Below, in pieces: positions 8,637 to 19,992 of a stretch of 64,000 bases of DNA. This DNA is from an uncultured delta proteobacterium (GTDB taxonomy: Bacteria > Bdellovibrionota > FAC87 > UBA2466). Within the stretch, counting starts at the first letter, position 1; each line of letters begins with the position of its first letter. The notes beneath the pieces are model-generated. The model saw only the letters and a program-made list of their open reading frames with translations, was not told the origin of the DNA and ran no database searches. The stretch is taken from contig CAVZSV010000005.1 in the NCBI GenBank assembly GCA_963778115.1, positions 128,001 to 192,000 on the forward strand. The letters run 5' to 3'. A program made the position numbers and the translations under genes.

Positions 8637-9256
8637 TCCTGCGTGTGTTCGTTGCTCGAGGAACGTTTGGCTAACGAGTGCATCTGATTCTGTAAGGCTA
8701 CCGTGATGGCGCGATTGGAAAGTTGCCAGGTCGAAGTGACTAGCAAGGCGGCAAACGCCAGAATAACGCTGGTCTGCAAATGGTTGAGACTAAACTGTTC
8801 GCGAATTGCGATGTAGCCCAAGAAAAGTCCCCAAGCATATAGTGCAAGACTAACGAAGGCGAGATTGGGTTTGGTATCTCCAAAGTGTTGAGCGATAAAA
8901 CCGGCCAGAAAGACCGTAAAGACCACCGCTAATCGGCGAAACAGGACACGACGGCTGTTAGACTGCCCGATCAAGCTTCCCACCAAGTAAATGATGGAAC
9001 TAATCGCCATGGCTCCGACGAGCATGAAAGAAAGTCTGGCTGCCATTACCACCCAAACTGCTACGGCCGAACTGACTCCCCATTGATACTGTAAGAAGCT
9101 AGCGAAGGCCGAGTACAATTGATGCTGGCGTCCCACCTGAGTTTCCACGAGAGCCAAACCTAAAAAAGAAAGCATAATCATCCAGTGATTCCTTGACCAC
9201 TGAAGTTGATTGAAAAAAGTTTGTGGCTTAACGATGAATCGAATTCCCTGTTTCAA
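8609..9256 (-). CDS. Yip1-like multi-pass membrane protein
   Basis: FIVKPQTFF start motif and about five hydrophobic helices. TTG start at 9256 chosen because a GGAGG RBS precedes it; the ORF track extends to 9355. Confidence 0.55.
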   Translation of the reverse strand: MKQGIRFIVKPQTFFNQLQWSRNHWMIMLSFLGLALVETQVGRQHQLYSAFASFLQYQWGVSSAVAVWVVMAARLSFMLVGAMAISSIIYLVGSLIGQSNSRRVLFRRLAVVFTVFLAGFIAQHFGDTKPNLAFVSLALYAWGLFLGYIAIREQFSLNHLQTSVILAFAALLVTSTWQLSNRAITVALQNQMHSLAKRSSSNEHTQDQFKFGANL

Positions 9257-9373
9257 TGCAATACCCTCCGCTTTACCAGCTCCAACATCTCCAAAGTGGG
9301 TACTATGCAACGTCATGCCAACGTTACGTTCTGAAATTTCGTGCGCGGGGTGCATTCTGAAGGGGAACGGCCC

Positions 9374-9392
9374 CTGTCTAAAGGTTAGACAG
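9374..9392. promoter_or_regulatory. Palindromic enhancer candidate CTGTCTAA-agg-TTAGACAG
   Basis: Perfect 8-bp inverted repeat with TGTC-N9-GACA core, 130 bp upstream of a -24/-12 promoter. Confidence 0.55.
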
Positions 9393-9519
9393 TATGCCGT
9401 GAATGGGTTGGGAACGCCTCTGTATACTGACTGATCACGTACGGCTAAAGATTTGCAGTATTCTCAAAGTGCTCACAAATATAATAAAATAATATCATAT
9501 ACTTATTACCAATGAGTTT

Positions 9520-9535
9520 TGGTCCGGCGCTTGCA
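9520..9535 (+). promoter_or_regulatory. Sigma54 -24/-12 promoter
   Basis: TGGTCCGGCGCTTGCA (GG-N10-GC), preceded by an AT-rich tract with IHF-like TATCATATACTTA at 9493-9505. Confidence 0.65.
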
Positions 9536-9561
9536 TTCTTAATTAAAGCAGGAACGCAACG

Positions 9562-10614
9562 ATGATGGCCGCTATGACAAAACTTCACAGAATAGCTCTT
9601 TTAGCACTCGCTTTACTCGTGAGCGCTTGCACGGAACCGCTGGGGTCGCAGGGACTGACCCAGTCGGGGGCTTCCAATCTTCCCGCTGGTCCGCTCATTC
9701 AAGTATCTGCGGTTCAGTTTGGTGGTCAAAACACCGCGGCCCAGCAGATGCAAGTCTCCAATGGAACGCTTTATCTGACCGGAACGCCTTTCATGTTTGC
9801 CGAGTGGAACATCAGCACGGATCCTGAAAATCCTATCGAAACCTTTGCCGCAACCAATAACGTCTTAGCGTTTTCTCCCGATCCTCCCTTTGGAGGCTGG
9901 GTAGTTACTGAATTCGGCGCCGGAGCTCTTTCGATCTTTGGAAATTTTGCCCTGACCAGCGGAAGTTATGGATCTAGTGTAATTGAGATAGGACCTTCAG
10001 CGCAGCAAGCCCAAGAGATCGCGCGCTATCCGATGCTTGACGCTAATGGCGATCAACCGGCCGACGTTTCCTTTGCTTTTACGGCGGCAGTGGGAATTCC
10101 GGGTAGTAATGCGATGTTTGGCTTTACCCAACAAGATGGAGCTTATCTCATTAACGTTTCGAACCCGACGGGGTTAAACCAGGCGCGAGTCTCTTTGACT
10201 CCCTATTCGGGCTCCGGACCCACCTGTTGTGCGGTGGGAGCTACTTTTTTCAATAGCATGATTTACTTAGCGATGCGCAGCGGGGTTTGGCCTCTTACGG
10301 TAAGTACTTCAGGAGTATTGTCTCGCACTACCGTTCCGGGACTCATCAGTACTCTGCAACCAGTCAATATTTTTGCGACGAGCCGATATATTTATGTCCA
10401 CCATGAGCCGACTTCCAACGGGAACACGTCTTCTCCTGCTGGAATTTATGTGTTTGACGCTTATGGGAACACAGTGAGTTATTTTCCCATTCAGCCGCTC
10501 GCTTTTGCGGTCTCTCCTGATGACAGCCATATTTACTCGAACGAAGACGATGTTTCGGTTAAAATCTACCGATGGACAAACTCCTCCTTGCCCGTCACTG
10601 GATACCCTCATTAA
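9562..10614 (+). CDS. Lipoprotein, probable beta-propeller (LVIVD-like)
   Basis: Lipobox LVSAC; repeated beta-strand motifs (NGTLYLT, WNISTDPENP, LINVSNP, RYIYV, SPDDSHIY). Confidence 0.65.
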   Translation: MMAAMTKLHRIALLALALLVSACTEPLGSQGLTQSGASNLPAGPLIQVSAVQFGGQNTAAQQMQVSNGTLYLTGTPFMFAEWNISTDPENPIETFAATNNVLAFSPDPPFGGWVVTEFGAGALSIFGNFALTSGSYGSSVIEIGPSAQQAQEIARYPMLDANGDQPADVSFAFTAAVGIPGSNAMFGFTQQDGAYLINVSNPTGLNQARVSLTPYSGSGPTCCAVGATFFNSMIYLAMRSGVWPLTVSTSGVLSRTTVPGLISTLQPVNIFATSRYIYVHHEPTSNGNTSSPAGIYVFDAYGNTVSYFPIQPLAFAVSPDDSHIYSNEDDVSVKIYRWTNSSLPVTGYPH

Positions 10615-11279
10615 TTCTGCTGATTTCTGGAATAGCAACAGCCAAAGCCATTCATTTTGACGTGAGGGATGCTGCTCAACGCGATTCTATTCAGCTCTCT
10701 TCGGATGCGATTTTAGAAAAGATTGTAGGAGTCAATTCGGCGATCGTGGGTTGGATTGAGATCGATCCCAACCAGCCCCGCCAGGGCATAAAGGGCGAAT
10801 TTGAAGTCGACTTGAGATCTTTTGTGACGGGAAATCCTTCTCGAGACGCTTTTTTGAGAGAGAAGCTTTTAGCCACCCCTGAATTTCCCTTTGCGAAATT
10901 TACGATCAATAAGGCCCTTAGTTTTGGCGCAACCCGAATGAATGACCAGCAGCCCTTGGTGGTTAGAATCGAGGGGACATTTACGATTCGGGGCCAGAAT
11001 AAAGTACAACCGATTCTTGTGAAACTGACCTACTACAAACAGAATGACAAAACAGCACAACGGTTACCGGGAAATTTAGTTCGCATTACGTCGAGCTTTG
11101 ATTTAGATCTTTCCGCCTTTGGAATCACGATTCCCGACGGACTGAAATACCGTGTCGCCAAAGTAGTCCAAACCAACGTGGATCTCGTCGGTAATGATGG
11201 TCCTGTTCCGACTTTGTCTCCTGTGATTAGTGGAGCACCCGGGGCTGCTGCTGCCGCGGATGGACCGAAGACGAAGTAG
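10572..11279 (+). CDS. YceI-family periplasmic lipid/polyisoprenoid-binding protein
   Basis: VDLRSFVTGNPSRDAFLR..L....FPFAKF and GTFTIRG..K match YceI motifs. Confidence 0.85.
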   Translation: MDKLLLARHWIPSLILLISGIATAKAIHFDVRDAAQRDSIQLSSDAILEKIVGVNSAIVGWIEIDPNQPRQGIKGEFEVDLRSFVTGNPSRDAFLREKLLATPEFPFAKFTINKALSFGATRMNDQQPLVVRIEGTFTIRGQNKVQPILVKLTYYKQNDKTAQRLPGNLVRITSSFDLDLSAFGITIPDGLKYRVAKVVQTNVDLVGNDGPVPTLSPVISGAPGAAAAADGPKTK

Positions 11280-11397
11280 GGAAAGAGCCCTTCCCAAAGG
11301 GTGATATCCTGTGGAACTAGTGTCAAACTTTGCCCCAATCTCCCCGCTAAACGCCCCTTTCCGTCACCATCCCCCGCACGCCCAGCCTTAAACCTCA

Positions 11398-11413
11398 TGG
11401 CGTAGCGCTTGCA
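11398..11413 (+). promoter_or_regulatory. Sigma54 -24/-12 promoter
   Basis: TGGCGTAGCGCTTGCA (GG-N10-GC), 31 nt before the GAGGAG-preceded ATG at 11445. Confidence 0.65.
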
Positions 11414-11444
11414 CAAGTCTCGTTCCCGGAGGGACGAGGAGTCT

Positions 11445-11993
11445 ATGAAAGAAACATTGATGATGGTGGCTATCCTGGCGGTGATTGCCTGGAGTGTCGC
11501 TGAATTCAGAAAGTACGAACTTCATCCTTCCATGCCGTCTTCGATGGCTCAGGCCAAGCGAAATGGCGAAAGATTATCAAACCACAATCCAGGAGCCAAT
11601 GATGAAAGAACAAGTCATCAGCACGATCTCGAAACTGAGAGTGCTAGATCGGATGAAGGGGCTGCAAGCGACGCTACAGAAGCTCAAAAGCTCGATTCAA
11701 TCTATTCGGGAAAAGAACCACATTCCCAAAGCTCAGTAGTAGCAAATTCCGAGGCACGCCAGGTGCCCGAGAAGGTGATTCACGGCGTTCCCATCAATAG
11801 TTATCTTCAGAATCACAAAAATATGCTCGGGTATCCGGCGGTGTCCGAGGACACTTCCGCCGCGATGAAAGTCTATCTGCAGTGTATGGAAGTGAAGAAA
11901 AAAGGGCTTCACTATACCGGCGAAAAAGAGTGCGAAAGACTTGAGGGACCCAAAGAAGACAATATCATGCAGAAAAGTTTCGCTAGGCACTAG
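11445..11993 (+). CDS. Membrane-anchored hypothetical protein
   Basis: N-terminal TM helix, disordered linker, C-terminal Cys pair. Start moved from 11409 to the ATG with an RBS. Confidence 0.65.
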   Translation: MKETLMMVAILAVIAWSVAEFRKYELHPSMPSSMAQAKRNGERLSNHNPGANDERTSHQHDLETESARSDEGAASDATEAQKLDSIYSGKEPHSQSSVVANSEARQVPEKVIHGVPINSYLQNHKNMLGYPAVSEDTSAAMKVYLQCMEVKKKGLHYTGEKECERLEGPKEDNIMQKSFARH

Positions 11994-11994
11994 C

Positions 11995-12996
11995 CTATCG
12001 GAATAGATGAATGGGGAAACTGTCTGCTAATACGGAATCCGAGTAGGTGAGAGAAAAAATTCCACGTAACTGCTCTCCCTGAGGATGGGTGAATCCAATC
12101 ATGCTGGCGCCTGCGACTAGCGGAAACCTTCTAAAAGGCGCTACCGAAACTCCCGTCGCCAGATCCCAACCGGTCCAGTTAACAATGAAAGAAACCGGTG
12201 CCACGATACGAAGCCCCACACTTCCAAAGGGATTGATAGCGTTCTTGCCTTCGACGATATCGGTCAAGGTGCGGTACGCACCATCGCCGACACCAAGGTG
12301 AAAGGTGATAAGACTAAAAGGCTTCTCGTCATCCTCTTTGAGTACAATGAACTTGGACGCCACTAAATAGAAACTAACTCCTTGATCGGGGTTCCCCCAG
12401 TAAATGGCGTCATCCCAACCAAAAGCGATAGCGGTGCCATCAGAAAATAGATGGTGCATTTTTAGGTTGATGCCTCCCGGAGTAAAAGGGGGCCACAATC
12501 CATCGCTTTCGATATCGAATTCGAGCCCTACATATTTTTGAGCATTTCCGATGCCAAAACCAAAAGCCGCCGTTCCATTCGGCTTAGAAGTAAAGGCATT
12601 GGGGGCCTGAACGCCGCAGGTGACAAAGACGTCGGTCCACTGAGCTCCGTACGCCACGGGAGTCATGATACTGGAACCAGGGGTCACCCACGGAAGGCGG
12701 ATCTCTTTTTTGTTATTCAGCTCTTTTTCTAGTTCATCCAATTGTTTTTTTTGTTCGGCGGTGAGCGTGACCTCTTTGATAAGCAGCTGATTGCGCAACG
12801 TCTCGAGTTCCTGCTTACGCTTTTCCTCTTGGCTGAAGACCGCAGTTTCCGTCTTTGGGGGTTGCGAATCACGAGTCACGTCAGCGTCATCATCATCGGG
12901 AGATCTGTTTTTATTAGATTTGGCGTGAAGTGTTGTAGACGATAGCGTTAAGCTAATAAGGAGTATTACCCCCAATCCCGATTTTCTAACTCCCAT
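11995..12996 (-). CDS. Putative outer-membrane beta-barrel protein with N-terminal coiled coil
   Basis: Signal peptide, charged coiled coil, then PGSSIMTPVAYGAQW..GFGIG..VGLE..FSLITFHLGVGDG.YR..PFGSVGLR..WTGWDL..GVSVAPF amphipathic strands. Confidence 0.65.
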   Translation of the reverse strand: MGVRKSGLGVILLISLTLSSTTLHAKSNKNRSPDDDDADVTRDSQPPKTETAVFSQEEKRKQELETLRNQLLIKEVTLTAEQKKQLDELEKELNNKKEIRLPWVTPGSSIMTPVAYGAQWTDVFVTCGVQAPNAFTSKPNGTAAFGFGIGNAQKYVGLEFDIESDGLWPPFTPGGINLKMHHLFSDGTAIAFGWDDAIYWGNPDQGVSFYLVASKFIVLKEDDEKPFSLITFHLGVGDGAYRTLTDIVEGKNAINPFGSVGLRIVAPVSFIVNWTGWDLATGVSVAPFRRFPLVAGASMIGFTHPQGEQLRGIFSLTYSDSVLADSFPIHLFR

Positions 12997-13051
12997 CCCT
13001 AGCCCCCGACACGCTAAAGGACGAGCCCCCTAAACTAGCTTGACTCGACTC

Positions 13052-13987
13052 CTATTTCGATTGCGTCTCTTGATCTTCTTCCAGTAAGCCGTCGCGAAGC
13101 ATCGCCAGCCACCCGTTTATTTTATGCAGATTCGCGTTTTTCACATAGGCCAATAAAGAATGTATTTTATCATCCCTTACTTTGCTTTTGGGATAAGTTG
13201 ATAAAATCTCTAATTCATCAATGACCTTGTTATTTAGTATGTTTGAGATATGGACAGCATGCGCGATGGCCCAAGTCACAAACACCGGTCCGTCATTGTG
13301 CAAGATTCCATAGCCCACAAACTGCAGGGAATACGTATATTCCAAAGCTCTTTTATCGAGTTCCTTCCAAGCCGCTTGGCGATCGGTAGAAATTAGCTCA
13401 CTGTTATTGGCCGCCATAAGGGAATCGGGGGAGCCAACTTCCGCCGTGGCCGCATACTGATAATCCAGGTCACCTGAATCAAAAAAGGAGCCTTGAGGCC
13501 ATGCTCCGACAGGAAGACGAAGGCTGTAAAGAGAATGATTCGCTTCGTTCTCAGAGAGCCCTTTATTTTTGGATTGAGCCAAAAGGGCAGTGGCCGTACC
13601 CAACGCCAATTTTGCTCCTTCCATGGCAGTTTGCAGGGCGTGCACACTGGGCATGGTCAATCCTCCCAACCCTCCAATTTTTGAGCTAAGGCTGTGAACT
13701 TCAGGGGCATCGGCACCGGTCGCATGAGTCGAGGCTAAGTCGGCGAAAGGCACGTTGCCATCCAGTTCGCCGCCATGAATCACCGTGGCTAGGATGGGAG
13801 CCCAGATGGGGCCCGCGGGGATGGTAACGGGAATCGCCGCAGATACCGGCCGCATTTCTGAAGGCGGTTCAGCCGATTCTGTCGTCCGCACGGAAAAGAA
13901 GGTAATCGCGTCGGCGTCAGCAGAGACGAGCAGCAGCAAAATAACTAATAGACTCCAAGGCGTGATTTTGCGGGCAACGTTCCTCAT
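13052..13987 (-). CDS. Secreted hypothetical protein
   Basis: 311-aa ORF with an RBS (GAAAGGTG) and a signal peptide ending ADA; no family recognised. Confidence 0.7.
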   Translation of the reverse strand: MRNVARKITPWSLLVILLLLVSADADAITFFSVRTTESAEPPSEMRPVSAAIPVTIPAGPIWAPILATVIHGGELDGNVPFADLASTHATGADAPEVHSLSSKIGGLGGLTMPSVHALQTAMEGAKLALGTATALLAQSKNKGLSENEANHSLYSLRLPVGAWPQGSFFDSGDLDYQYAATAEVGSPDSLMAANNSELISTDRQAAWKELDKRALEYTYSLQFVGYGILHNDGPVFVTWAIAHAVHISNILNNKVIDELEILSTYPKSKVRDDKIHSLLAYVKNANLHKINGWLAMLRDGLLEEDQETQSK

Positions 13988-14166
13988 CGTAACACCTTTC
14001 TATCAATCGGATGTCGGGGTACCCCTCTATTTTACCTGATATTTCGCGATAAGGGAGATGGTTCGGGGAAACTTCCCGAATGCTTTGGGCTTTTTATCTT
14101 TTCCTTCACGTTTGGTGTCTAAACTCATGACATCACTCGTCTGCTTTTGCTACACTGCGACTAGTC

Positions 14167-15162
14167 ATGCTGAGCCATTTTTTATTGCGTTGCCTTCATC
14201 GTTTTGGTCCGGAACGGGCCCATTCTGTCGTCGTTTTTTTACTGAAAATCTATCAAACGGTTTTGCGCTGGATTCCGGGGAAATGGTACGTGAAGTCATT
14301 CCCTATCCCCCATATCCAAATAGCAAGGCTAACGCCGCTGCTATTTTCTAATCGTCTAGGGCTTGCCGCGGGTTTTGACAAAAATGCCGAAGTCTTCCCG
14401 GCTCTCTCTCGGATGGGATTTGGCTTTATTGAAGTTGGAACGGTAACCCCGCTTCCGCAACCCGGTAATCCTCAGCCCAGAATTTGGAGAGCTTCCGATC
14501 GGCAGCTCGTGAATAGCTTGGGGTTTAACAATGTTGGTCTCGCCCACTTTGCAAAGCATATAAGACGGCTTCGAAAGTTCTCACAATGCCCCGTTCTAGC
14601 CAATATCGGCAAAGGACGGGATACCGCGCTCCAGAGTGCTCTTCAGGATTATCAAAGCGGATTTAGCGCTCTTGAAAACTTGGTGGATGGATTTGTCGTT
14701 AACGTAAGCTCTCCCAACACTCCTCAACTTTTTAAATTGCAGACCTCGGAATTTGTCCAAGGGCTTACGCGAATCGCTCCGCAGGGGATTCCCGTATTTA
14801 TTAAGCTCTCTCCTGACTTGAGTAATGCAGACCTTACGGAACTTTGCCGAATGATTGCTGGTGAAGCACGATTGTCAGGGATTGTCCTTACCAATACGTC
14901 TAGGAGTTTGGCGGAGAAGGCGGGTTATGAACGAGGCGGACTATCGGGACCAGGCCTTTTTCCCCGATCCTTGGAGTGTGTCGGGCTCGCCAAGGAGATC
15001 GTAAAAGACACTAAGACCATTATCGGTGTGGGGGGAGTATCCAATCGCCTGGACTACCAAAGGATGCGGGCCGCGGGTGCGGATCTGGTTGAAGTTTACA
15101 CTGGATTTATTTATCAGGGGCCTGGGTGGATAAAAGAGATGGCTAAGGAAGCGAACCCCTAA
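14167..15162 (+). CDS. pyrD: Quinone-dependent dihydroorotate dehydrogenase (class 2)
   Basis: PERAH, GLAAGFDKNAE, GFGFIEVGTVTP.PQPGNP.PR, NSLGFNN.G, NVSSPNT, KLSPD, GGLSG, IIGVGG, YTGFIY.GP. Confidence 0.96.
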   Translation: MLSHFLLRCLHRFGPERAHSVVVFLLKIYQTVLRWIPGKWYVKSFPIPHIQIARLTPLLFSNRLGLAAGFDKNAEVFPALSRMGFGFIEVGTVTPLPQPGNPQPRIWRASDRQLVNSLGFNNVGLAHFAKHIRRLRKFSQCPVLANIGKGRDTALQSALQDYQSGFSALENLVDGFVVNVSSPNTPQLFKLQTSEFVQGLTRIAPQGIPVFIKLSPDLSNADLTELCRMIAGEARLSGIVLTNTSRSLAEKAGYERGGLSGPGLFPRSLECVGLAKEIVKDTKTIIGVGGVSNRLDYQRMRAAGADLVEVYTGFIYQGPGWIKEMAKEANP

Positions 15163-15166
15163 TCGA

Positions 15167-15571
15167 CTACAGATGCCGTGGCCAGCTATCGCTACCCAGG
15201 AAAGGTTGTTTTCTGTGAAGTATTCGATGATGGAACGCACATAGCATCGTTAAGTTGCTCGGAGGGTGAAGGCCTCCCTGATGGACCTCCTCTTTGTGAT
15301 GCCTCGCTAACCATCTGCGCTCAGGACATCTAGTACCATCCGTATCGACATGGATGCACTGTGAGCCCGTAGCTAGCGTCACTATATGACCTACGGGTCT
15401 TGGTATAGCGGTTCTCTTGCCATCTCTAATTGCCTGTCGCGCGACGGGTACTTTGGTGGTTTTGCGATTAAGCGCTTGTTCGGCTTTCTTTACGGGGTCA
15501 TTCTTTTCTACGAAAGCTTCAAGGAGAGTCTCGATGGCCTCTCCGGGTTTTACGTCTGCTTTCTTTTGCAC
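15167..15571 (-). pseudogene. 5'-truncated HNH endonuclease remnant
   Basis: C..vd.dG.RC.ERRWL..HH......GG.....NL..LC..HH at the C-terminus. No good start or RBS, and the frame is closed just upstream. Confidence 0.6.
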
Positions 15572-15747
15572 GAGGCCGTTACCGAGGCGGAGATTTGATT
15601 AGTCTGTTCTGTCGCAGGCAGTTTCGGTTTTTTTCTTCTCTCTTTTCGGATCTCGGATCGTGGTTTACCCGTCGCGCGACGGATAGATGGGGGCCTTGTT
15701 ATTCTGGGTTTGGGGGCTTACGGGCCTTTGGCGTTGGGGTGCGTAGT

Positions 15748-18484
<2,737 letters not shown>

Positions 18485-18499
18485 AAATTCCTTCAGTCT

Positions 18500-19615
18500 C
18501 TATAAATGAAGAGGCGTATAGGGTAGCCCGTGCGCGGTCGCTACCTGTTCGTAGACTAATTTACCCTGGTAGGTGTTAAAGCCAAGTCGAATAGCTTTGC
18601 TCTCGAGGGCTGCTTTTTCCGCACCCCGATCGGCGATCATAAGACCATATTTCAGCGTCACGTTGGTGAGCGAGTAGGTCGAGGTATGGGAAACCGCTCC
18701 GGGCATGTTCGTTACACAGTAGTGAATGACTCCGTCCGTAATAAAGGTCGGCTTTTCGTGCGACGTCGGCCGGCATGTCTCCACACAGCCCCCCTGATCC
18801 ACGGCGATATCGACAACGACCGATCCGGGACTCATCTTGGCGATGGTTTCGCGGGAGACCAGTTTCGGAGCTTTGGCTCCCGTGACTAAGACCGCTCCGA
18901 TAACTAAGTCGGCTTTAATGCAGCTACTTTCGATCGTGTCATGGTTCGACATCAAAGTGACTAAACGGCCCTTAAAAATGTGTTCCAGATACTCCAATCG
19001 GCGAACATCCAAATCCAAAATGGTTACCATGGCTCCCATACCGAGTGCGACGCCGGCGGCGTTGGTTCCTGCGACTCCGCCCCCGATAATAACGACATTT
19101 CCCGGCATGACTCCAGGAGCTCCGCCCAATAGGATCCCTTTTCCCGAAGTGGAAGCATCCCAACTGCTTTGGAGGTAAAACGCGCCCACTTGAACTGCCA
19201 TGCGACCGGCGACTTCACTCATGGGACGTAGTAGGGGAAGCGAATTGTCGGCTTCTTGAATGGTTTCGTAAGCGATGCCGGTGACCTTTTTTTCCAAAAG
19301 GACTTCGGTCAATTTCTTTTCCGCCGCCAAATGCAAATAGGTAAAAAGGACTTGGCCCGGTCTTAGGAATTCGAACTCTTCAGAAAGGGGCTCTTTGACC
19401 TTAATGACCATATCGGCCGCCCAAACGGGGGAGGGGCCTTCGACAATTTCGGCCCCTGCTCGGACGTAGTGGGAATCGGTAATCCCACTGCCAACGCCAG
19501 CGTTTTTCTGAACAAGGACGCGATGGCCGTGATGGGTAAAAGCGCGCACTCCGGCCGGCGTCATCCCCACCCGGTTTTCTCTATTTTTGATCTCTTTTGG
19601 AACTCCGATAATCAC
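18500..19615 (-). CDS. ald: Alanine dehydrogenase
   Basis: IGVPKEIKNRENRV, KVKEP, FTYLHLA, PMSEVAGR, GGGVAG, DIAVDQGGC, HYCVTNMPGAV. Confidence 0.97.
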   Translation of the reverse strand: MIIGVPKEIKNRENRVGMTPAGVRAFTHHGHRVLVQKNAGVGSGITDSHYVRAGAEIVEGPSPVWAADMVIKVKEPLSEEFEFLRPGQVLFTYLHLAAEKKLTEVLLEKKVTGIAYETIQEADNSLPLLRPMSEVAGRMAVQVGAFYLQSSWDASTSGKGILLGGAPGVMPGNVVIIGGGVAGTNAAGVALGMGAMVTILDLDVRRLEYLEHIFKGRLVTLMSNHDTIESSCIKADLVIGAVLVTGAKAPKLVSRETIAKMSPGSVVVDIAVDQGGCVETCRPTSHEKPTFITDGVIHYCVTNMPGAVSHTSTYSLTNVTLKYGLMIADRGAEKAALESKAIRLGFNTYQGKLVYEQVATAHGLPYTPLHL

Positions 19616-19630
19616 AAATATTCCCCCTAA

Positions 19631-19849
19631 TCACGAAGGCAGAAGGATATCGAGGATGTCATTTCCATCCACTTCGATCTCCCCCTTTTCCTCGGATTCA
19701 ATCTTAATTTTGCCCCTAATTTTCCCGCCCGAAAGGCGGACCCATGAATCGGTGATAACGCCGTGATAGTACTGCCCCATCTTGTGAATGAGGGTACATT
19801 TCACTTTGCTTTCCAAGGCCTTATCAATTTTATCGATGACTTGGAACAT
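19631..19849 (-). CDS. Small hypothetical protein, possibly Sm-like/YolD-like beta-barrel
   Basis: 72 aa: one helix followed by beta strands (G..Y.G.I....I....DILDI). Ends 15 nt upstream of ald. Confidence 0.6.
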   Translation of the reverse strand: MFQVIDKIDKALESKVKCTLIHKMGQYYHGVITDSWVRLSGGKIRGKIKIESEEKGEIEVDGNDILDILLPS

Positions 19850-19896
19850 CAGGGTTTGGGTTATAACCCATTTCGAATGGGTTGGAAAGAATGGGG

Positions 19897-19964
19897 AAGG
19901 CGCGGGGCCGGCGTAGCCGCATGGCGATTGTTACGGATTGCTTCGGCCGCGCCTTGCAATGACA
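19897..19964. repeat. Degenerate palindromic intergenic element (GGATTGCTTCG..GCAATGAC type)
   Basis: GGATTGCTTCGGCCGCGCCTTGCAATGACA at 19935-19964; AAGGCGCGG (19897-19905) pairs with CCGCGCCTT (19947-19955). Confidence 0.55.
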
Positions 19965-19992
19965 GTTCGATCCTCGCCCCAAGGGGGACTTT

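Noticed and set aside
19907..19985. tRNA-like look: GCCGGCG-TAGC start and AGTTCGATCCT about 60 nt later
   Set aside because: Acceptor, anticodon and T stems do not pair and there is no CCA; better explained by the palindromic repeat remnant.
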